A program made the position numbers and the translations under genes. The notes under the pieces are model-generated. The model made no database searches. It saw only the letters and a program-made list of their open reading frames with translations, and was not told the DNA's origin. A stretch of 50,959 nucleotides of DNA, the filler included, from Sphacelaria rigidula (lineage: Eukaryota): the NCBI GenBank assembly GCA_964200075.2. It is 2 parts of 2 records of this genome, joined end to end, with 100 filler letters (N's around TTAATTAATTAA, not from the genome) between each part and the next. Parts side by side here need not be neighbours in the genome. Positions count along the whole stretch, not along the records: positions 1 to 25,437 come from CAXNAA020000165.1; 1 more part is not named here. One strand, 5' to 3'. Below are positions 13,201-22,200 of this stretch, piece by piece (position 1 is the first letter of the stretch; each line of letters starts with the position of its first letter).

Positions 13201-16200
13201 AAGTTGACGGACGTGTGCTTGCCTCACTCGATGTTTACATCTATACACCCCCCCCCTCAAGGTGTCGAAAAGCCCGTCAGCACTAGCGTCCCTCCTGTTC
13301 TTCACCTCTCCAGCTAGCTAGCTATCTGTCGGGCGCTTCCTGTATCAACGCAGTTCTACCTGTAATTCTTCTACTTGTGTTCCTTTCTTGAGTGTCGGGT
13401 ATTGATCACTACTGAGCGTATTGCAGCCACTCTCCCTTGAGTGTCCGACGTTCTCACATCGATGCGTTGCGATTCGTCTCATATGTAAACGTGCACTGAA
13501 CATTAATTACTCGGTCCTGCGACCTGACTTGCACGGAGGATTTGTTGTGTCGCTCGTCATCCACGGACCAGCCGAAACCTTGTACCACCCACCTACTCCC
13601 TTCTGTCGTTATATTTTGTTGCTGAATAACGTTACAGAGGACGCCGACAATGGTGGGTCCGGTGGAGGTAAGGACTCTAGTGACGACAGCGGGTCTGGAA
13701 AAGACGGCGACTCTAGTGACGACAGCGGGTCTGGAAAAGACGGCGACTCTAGTGACGACAGCGGGTCTGGAAAAGACGGCGACTCCAGTGACGACAGCGG
13801 GTCCGGAAAAGACAGCGACTCTAGTGACGACGGCGGGTCTGGCAAGGACAGCGACTCTAGTGACGACGGCGGGTCTGGCAAGGACAGCGACTCTAGTGAC
13901 GACAGCGGGTCTGGCAGAGACAGTGACTCCAGTGATGACCGCGGGTCTAGCGACGACAGCAATCCTCAAGATGATGCCGGTGATGATGGGTGCGTGTCCC
14001 AGATGAGCCACTGCGACTCCAACTCGGACTGCTGCTCCAACCTGTCGTGTGTATACGACGACACCCTATCCGATACCGGTAAGAGGAAGATACTCCCTAT
14101 CTCGGAAGGGATGCGTGGTCAATTGTCAAACGGCTAAGGCAACCAGCGAATAAGTACCCCTCTCCCCCCCCCCTCGCCCCCCCTGTGCGCCATGCCCCCG
14201 AAAAAGTGAAGAAATAAGATCGATTGCTAGTATACCGGAGATAACCAGGATGCACAGTATGCGGTGTATTTCTTCCAAGAACATGGATCGTCATCACTGA
14301 CCGCGAACCATTGGTCTTCACCTCACTGTGAAACTGTTCGTTACAACGTGCGGGGAAGCCCGATTCAGCATATCAACAACCTCATAGCTGATAACCACGA
14401 ATCATGCGGGGACTACGAAGGTCTTTGCGGAGGAGACCCGCCAAGACACGATCCATTTATCGTGTCCACCCGGTCGTCGGAATAGCATTTACTTCTTCCG
14501 TGTAGCACCATCGCTTTTTGTTTGTGAGATTACACACGTTTCGTGCAGGTCAAGACTTGTTTTTGCTTGACTTCCTCGCCTTCTCTCGTCCCACCTGCTC
14601 TGGAAGTTGCAACGATTTCATCCTTCCATCGCCTCGGTTGTTGGCGTAATTCTCAAGCATTCCCTTCGGCCAAGGGCAGTCAGTATGTTGATATATTCTA
14701 TGCCAATGGCAAACAGTATCTTCTTTACGGATGCACAGCACCACTTTTGGGCTGTGCGTTTTGCAGTCGCGCATTCCTTGTGCCGTCCGTTTTGGGACTG
14801 GTGACACCTGAGGGGGGTATTTGACTGACAACTGCACCGCACCGTGGTGCATTTAACTCTACCAGTGAACGCAAGACAGAACACGGGGTGCGTATTTGCT
14901 TCATCCTTGTTATTAAATTTCAAACACGAACTCACGCGTGAACGGTTCAATTTCTTGAGGTACGTTTTGTTCGGCCCCATGGTTTCTCTACGTGATCCAT
15001 GATATTCACCTTGCCGGGATCTGAGGTACAGCCTGGTACGGTTGGTGGTTCATTCACCTAAAAAGCACTCCCGAATGACGAGCTTTTCCTGCGAACATTG
15101 TGTGTCATCCCCTCTAATATGACCGCCAGTGTACCCCTTTCGGAATGTTCTTTAGACGTGTATCAGCAGGGGTCACTCGGAAGGAAGGTCAACACAGGAT
15201 TTTTCTGAAGTTCATTCCTTTTTCTTTCAGCAAATTCTTCCTTCTGCGATGTTCACCCCTACTTTTCACCGCTAAAGGGATTCAGCGGTCCCTTTTCATC
15301 GTCGATCGTAAAGACGAACTCTGTATACCCACGACGTACAGTAGGCGCTTTCCACTGTTGCGCATGATGATGAGGAAAACATTCCTATATCGTGTGACTT
15401 CACCGAGATTCGAATCCACTTCCCAACCGTCAGGAGGATTCGAGGATACAACTGAGCCACCCGGGCGACCGGACTTGTGCGGGGCCCTTAACCTGGCACA
15501 GACATCGTGCACATCTTTGGCGTGAACACCCCATTTGACCTAAGCATGTAGTTCCGGAACTTGCGTAAGATGGTGTGCGAATGTGGCACTTACGAGGACG
15601 TATTCTTGTCGAGAACCCTTGAAATGCACATTGCTTGCTTGATTGCTAACACATGCCTCGATTCAAAACTCGCTTGCGGTTGACGAACGAAACGAACGTC
15701 TGCGGTACAACTACTTTCCGCCATGTCCTCATGCCTTTGCGTCCACCTTCCATGAATCCGATAGTGTGCAAGCCCTGCGGTACTAACCATGGGTGCGCGG
15801 CGGAGAACGAAGAATGCTCGGACTCCGTCATCTGCTGTGCAGGAACCACGTGCACGGCCGTCGACGGCAAGACGGGTGAGTCGTATTTGGGAGATTCTCC
15901 GACAATACCCCCACCTACCGGCATCCCAGTGGGTCACGTTGTAATTCTGCACTCGGAAGTCTAGACGGAGTTCTGATTGCTACGGCCGTTGGAAATTGAG
16001 ACAACGCGGTCTACATCTCGTGTGCGAGAATTTCGACTCCAAAGCGAACTTGTAGTATAGCTTGTCATGGTTGAACGATATCTTGGATCTTGCTACCTTT
16101 TACTTCATATCTATGACCTTCCCTTTTGTTTCTGCTGTCATCCCAACTATCCTGAACGTCAGCTTACACATTCCCGTATATGTGGGCGCATCAACCAGGG

Positions 16201-19200
16201 TCACACAGGAGGAAGGTCAATACGGGAAGCTTTTTTTCTTATTGCCCCCCCTCTTTCTGCGGTGCTTGCCTTACTTTTGATTGTGAAAAGGGTTCAGCGG
16301 CCCCTTTCTCTCCCTCCGAGATTCGAACCCACGTCCCATATGTCCGAAGGTTTCAAGGTTACCTACCAACTGGCGCGACTGGCCTGTCATTCCGTTCTGG
16401 AAGAAAATCCGCCGACGTAGTAGATTGCAGAAGAATACTGTAGCTAAGATACTAGGGTACGTAGCTTACAGTACATCTGGTGTAGATGTTGACGCGTTGA
16501 ACGTCAGCAGCCGGTTGAATCAGATCATCCGACCTGGATTCACGTACGTTCAGTGACGCAGAATTATGTTATATATTACGGGACGTGTCAACTTAAATGT
16601 GACAATCGCCATCCCCCCCCTCGCTACTTGCTCTCAGAACTGTTCTCTTATTCCGTAATAGATGGCGTATTTAATTCTGTCTCGGCCAGAGGAGCGCCCA
16701 TAACACCATTTTTACCCCTTCCAATACACGCAAGGGAGCCTCGCATCTACCGTGCACCCTCAGCAATTCTGTGCACTGAAGTGTGAAATCTTGTTGACAT
16801 TCTAGTCCACAAAACCCGTCAATTGTTGTACTCGTGCGCTTTGGGCAGTTTGTGTGGCTCCTACGCCGTCTCCGACTCCTTGCGCCAAGGAATTTGACGT
16901 TTGTACCACGAATTCAGACTGCTGCGAGGGCTTGGAGTGCGGCAACAACGGGATGGTCGACTTGTGCTTGGCGCTGGTTGCTCCCACACCCGAACCGGTC
17001 ACCCCGACCCCCGAACCAGTCGCCCCCACCCGCGAACCGAACATGCCTTCCCCGGAGCCAGAGCCGACTTGCGCTAAGGAGTTCGACGCTTGCGCCGACA
17101 CCGCCGACTGCTGCGAGGGCTTGGAGTGCGGCAACAACGGGATGGTCGACTTGTGCTTGGCGCCGGTTCCCCCCACCCCCGAGCCGGTCACCCCTACCCC
17201 GGAACCGGAGCCTGTCTGTTCTAAGGAGTTCGACGCTTGCACCACCACAGTCGACTGCTGCGATGGCTTGGAGTGCGGCAACAACGGCGACGTGGACTTG
17301 TGCTTGGTGGCGGTTGCTCCCACACCCGAACCGGTCACCCCTACCCCCGAGCCTGCGGCGCCGACCCCCGTGGAGCCCACCTGCTCGGAACTGACCGAGA
17401 CCTGCAAGGCTGACGCCGACTGCTGTGACCCGTACGATTGCTCGACCATTGCCGGGGAGCGAGGTGGGTTGTTGGTAGCTTGGGGCATGCCCCATGAAAC
17501 TCTATTGAAAAAGAGGTTACTAGAACTTGCACGGGAGGGCGCCCGGACAAGCGGTCACATTTTATCCCTTGAGGAATGTCGTGCACGATGTAAGCGTTCA
17601 CAACAAGATGGAATCTGCTTCTGGAGGCGATGTTTCTCTATTTTCATACTATTCCGAGATCTGTGATGTTGTCCGAAATGGTGATTTTTTAGCTTGGCTT
17701 GAAGGGCATTCGAAACATTTTTTTTCATGGGAAAACATTCGTACTTGCTGACCTGCGTGATGTTTGGGTTTCCTGTGTGTCGCAGTGTGCTCTGAAAAGT
17801 GTGGCGTCGAGGCTGACGTATGCAGCGCCGATCCCGACATCACGGAGAGGGAGTGCTGTAGTGGCTTCCAGTGCGTGGACGACGGTGCGTATGCCTTCAG
17901 CCGATGGCATTCATATTGAAATGCAAAACAATGTCTTTTGTGCGGTGATGACATCTTGCGCGATCTCTCTCCATCTGCACTAGATCATGCTTTTGCGTGA
18001 TGTGGACGTGTCTCGAGACAACTGACGTTGTAGTTTGCCACTGGTGCCTTGTGCCGCTGTTCATCTCGGGCAGTGTGTGTGGCTGATGGTTCTCCCACAC
18101 CCGAACCCGTCACCCCTACCCCGGAGCCTGAGCCTACCTGCGCTAGGGAGTTCGACGCCTGCAACGATAGCGCCGACTGCTGCGAGGGCTTGGAGTGCGG
18201 CAACAACGGCGACGTGGACTTATGCGTAGCGCCGACTGCTCCTACCCCCGAGCCAGTCACGCCAACTCCGGAACCCGCGGCACCGACCCCGGTGGATCCC
18301 ACCTGCTCCGACTTGACCGAAACCTGCAAATCTGACTCCGACTGTTGTGACCCTTACGACTGCTCAACCATTGCTAGGGAGCGAGGTGGGTTCTTCCCGG
18401 TGGCTTTGCTTTTTATGATGATCCGTCGGCTAAGGGGTTACAAGTAGGTTATAGCCTCCTCCGAGAATGACAACCTGGTAGGGCGGAGTATTGGATGGTT
18501 CGAACCCTCGAACTAGCTCCTTGACACCGCTTGATGGCTGGGTGTTTCCATGTGTGTCGAAACCGCTTGGTCTACGCTTTCAATATATGATTTGAAGGTA
18601 CATCCTGTGTTTTCAGGTGCCAGTAACAGGCACTACGTTGTTCTTTTTTCGCAGCTGATCTTTCATTCTCTGCATGGTTGGACCTCGTTGTGAAGCTCCA
18701 GTTGTTTGGAATCTTTGCATGTTTTGCAGTGTGTTCTGAAAAGTGCGGCGTGGAGGCCGACGTTTGCAGCGCCGATCCCGAGATAACGGAACGGGAGTGC
18801 TGCAAGGGCTTCCAGTGCGTGGACGACGGTACGTGTTACTTCGGAAGACAGTCTTGCTTTTCGGGAACGATTGTCTACATTGCGGTAATATCTCAACCTT
18901 GCTTGCTGTTTCCTTCTTTGCGCCAGATGACCGGGCACGGAGAATGTGTGGCACATGGACATTTTGGCGGCACATTTTTAGATGAGTATGATCACGTGGG
19001 TAAGATCTTTGACCTTCACATGATCTCGCAAAATCACTGATGTAGCAGTTCGCCTCTGGGGTCTTGTGTTGCTGTTCATCTCGGGCAGTGTGTGTGGCCG
19101 ACGGTTCTCCGATACCCGAACCGATCACCCCCACCCCGGAGCCTGAGCCTACCTGCGCTAAGGAGTTCGACGCCTGCGCCGATAGCGCCGACTGCTGCGA

Positions 19201-22200
19201 GGGCTTGAAGTGCGGCAACAACGGCGAGGCAGACTTGTGCTTAGAGCCGACTTCTCCTACCCCCGAGCCCGTGTCACCCACCCCGGAACCGGAGCCTACC
19301 TGCGCTCGGGAGTTCGACGCCTGCGGCGCCACAGCCGACTGCTGCGAGGGCTTGGAGTGCGGTAACGACGGTGAGGTAGACTTGTGCGTATTGGCGGCCT
19401 CTGCGACCCCCGAACCAGTGACCCCGACTCCGCAACCTGCGGCACCGACCCCCGTGGACCCCGCTTGCTTGAACCTGACCGAGACCTGCAAATCTGATGC
19501 TGACTGTTGCGACCCGTACGACTGCTCAACAATTGCTGGGGAGCGAGGTGGGTTCCCGGTGGCTTGAGGTTTGCTTCGCAGGATGCTCTGTCAGCAGTGT
19601 CGGCAGAGGGATTGCTAGTAGGTCACGGCCTCACACGAGGCTGAGCAGTCGGTCGGGCAGTATGATGAAGATGAGCGTGGGAGGGAAATGTTCGGTCATG
19701 TGAGGACATGATGGCAGGTAGTTGCAGATGGTAATCGGCGGGCTTGATCAGAATGAAGTGGGTGCAGCGAATCTAGAGCTGGTGTCAAACCACAGCACAA
19801 CAGAAGATGAGGGGCCTGTCACCTAGAAGTTCGGTTTGTACGCTTAAACGTAGGGTTACGGTGCCGGAAAAAGGCAACAAACCCTTCTGTAGCTGATTAT
19901 ATTTCCCATGTCTGCTTGGCCGTACGATCTAGAGAACCTATAGTGTCGCATGGGAAATCATCCACCCTTGCTCATGCGGGGATCATGTTCGGAATCCCTT
20001 GGTGTCCTGTAGTGTGCTCTGAAAGGTGCGGCGTTGAGGCCGACGTTTGCAGCGCTGATCCCGAGCTCACGGAGAGGGAGTGCTGCAATGGTTTCCAGTG
20101 CGTGGAGGATGGTACGTATTCTTCTCGCTGACGCCTCTCGGTATGTTGACCCGTCACGGGGCTTCGTTCCCTTCAACAGATGATCGGGCATGGCAGTTGT
20201 GCAAATATGGGACATTTTGGCAGTATGTTCTTCAATAATACAATCACACACATGATGAAAAGCGCGTTATGACATGCGTGCGATTTTATGGGAGAACTGA
20301 TGTGGTTTGACGCTGGTGGCGTCTCGTGTCCCTGTTTTGTACCGCAGTGTGTGTAGCCGACGGTTCCCCGACCCCCGAACCCGCCACCCCTGCCCCGGAG
20401 CCTGAGCCTACCTGCGCTAAAGAATTCGACGCCTGCGCCGATAACGCCGACTGCTGCGAGGGCTTGGAGTGCGGCAACAACGGCGAGGCGGACTTATGCG
20501 TGGCGCCGACGTCTCCTACCCCCGAGCCGGTCACTCCCACCCCGGAACCCGAGCCTACCTGCGCTCGGGAGTTCGACGCCTGCGCCGATAACGCCGACTG
20601 CTGCGATGGCTTGGAGTGCGGCAACAACGGCGAGGCGGACTTGTGCATGGTCCCTGTCGCTCCCACACCCGAGCCGGTCACTCCCACCCCGGAACCCGAG
20701 CCTACCTGCGCTCGGGAGTTCGACGCTTGCGCCGATAGCGCCGACTGCTGCGATGGCTTGGAGTGCGGCAACAACGGCGAGGCGGACTTGTGCATGGTCC
20801 CTGTCGCTCCCACACCCGAGCCGGTCACTCCCACCCCGGAACCCGAGCCTACCTGCGCTCGGGAGTTCGACGCTTGCGCCGATAGCGCCGACTGCTGCGA
20901 TGGCTTGGAGTGCGGCAGCAGCGACGAGGCGGACTTGTGCGTAGCGCCGACGTCTCCGACCCCCGAACCAGCCACCCCAACTCCGCAACCTCCGGCGCCG
21001 ACCCCCGTGAACCCCACCTGCTTGGACTTGACCGAGATTTGCAAGTCTGACGCCGACTGTTGCGACTTCTACGACTGCTTAACTATCGCCGGGGAACGGG
21101 GTGCGTTCTCAATACCCCGACTTGTTGGCTAAGAAGCGTGAGATAATTATTTGTCCCATGATGGTATCGAAGGTAGTTGGCTCATGATAATCGGGGCGTT
21201 TGATCGGCAACGCCGAGGTGATGTATTTAACGGCTGTCGAATCGCAACGGAACGACAGTGGAATCGTGAGGTTGAGCAGAAGTCGCGCTCGATGTGAGCT
21301 CTCATGTTGGATTCCAACTCTTTCGTGGTGGCTCAGGTGCCGGCAACAGCAGAGGGGCTTTTAGCTGCCTGTGTGTTCCACCTGTGCGGTCATACAGCGT
21401 GATGAAGCTTGAAATCCGCTCCGGAGACATTCAAAAGAATATTTCGCGCGAAAAACAATGTTTCGACTCTGCCGTGTTGTATTTGGAATTCCTACGTTTC
21501 GCAGTGTGCTCTGATAGGTGCGGCGTTGAGGCCGACGTTTGCAGCGCCGATCCCGAGATCACGGAGAGGGAGTGCTGCAGCGGCTTCCAGTGCGTGGACG
21601 ACGGTACGTATACTTCCCGATGATAACCGTTCATGAAACTGGGAACGTGTTCTGATTTCGACGTACAACCTTTTGGTTGGAAAGCTCGCAAAAAGTGTCG
21701 CCGGTCTGGTTCGTATGAAGCTGATGCATGATGAAAGGCATCCTTGACCCGCATAGAGAGAACTGATGTGGCCGCTCGCTACTGGCGTCGTTTGTCGGCG
21801 TTTGTCTCGGGCAGAGTGTGTGGCCGACAGTTCTCCGACACCCGAACCCGTCACCCCTACCCCGGAGCCTGGGCCTACCTGCGCTAAGGAGTTCGACGCC
21901 TGCGACGATAGCGCCGACTGCTGCGAGGGCTTGGAGTGCGGCAACGACGGCAAGGTGGACCTATGCCTGATGCCGACTTCTCCTACCCCCGAGCCCGTGT
22001 CTCCCTCCCCGGAACCTGCGGCACCGACCCCTGTGGACCCAACCTGCTTGGACGTGGCCGAGACCTGTAAGTCCGATGCTGATTGCTGTGACTCGCTGGT
22101 GTGCTTCTCCATTGCTGGCGCGCAAGAATGCTCCGAAATTTGCGGCGTGGAGGTCGACGTGTGCGGCACCGATACCGACAGGGAGTGCTGCGACGGCTTC

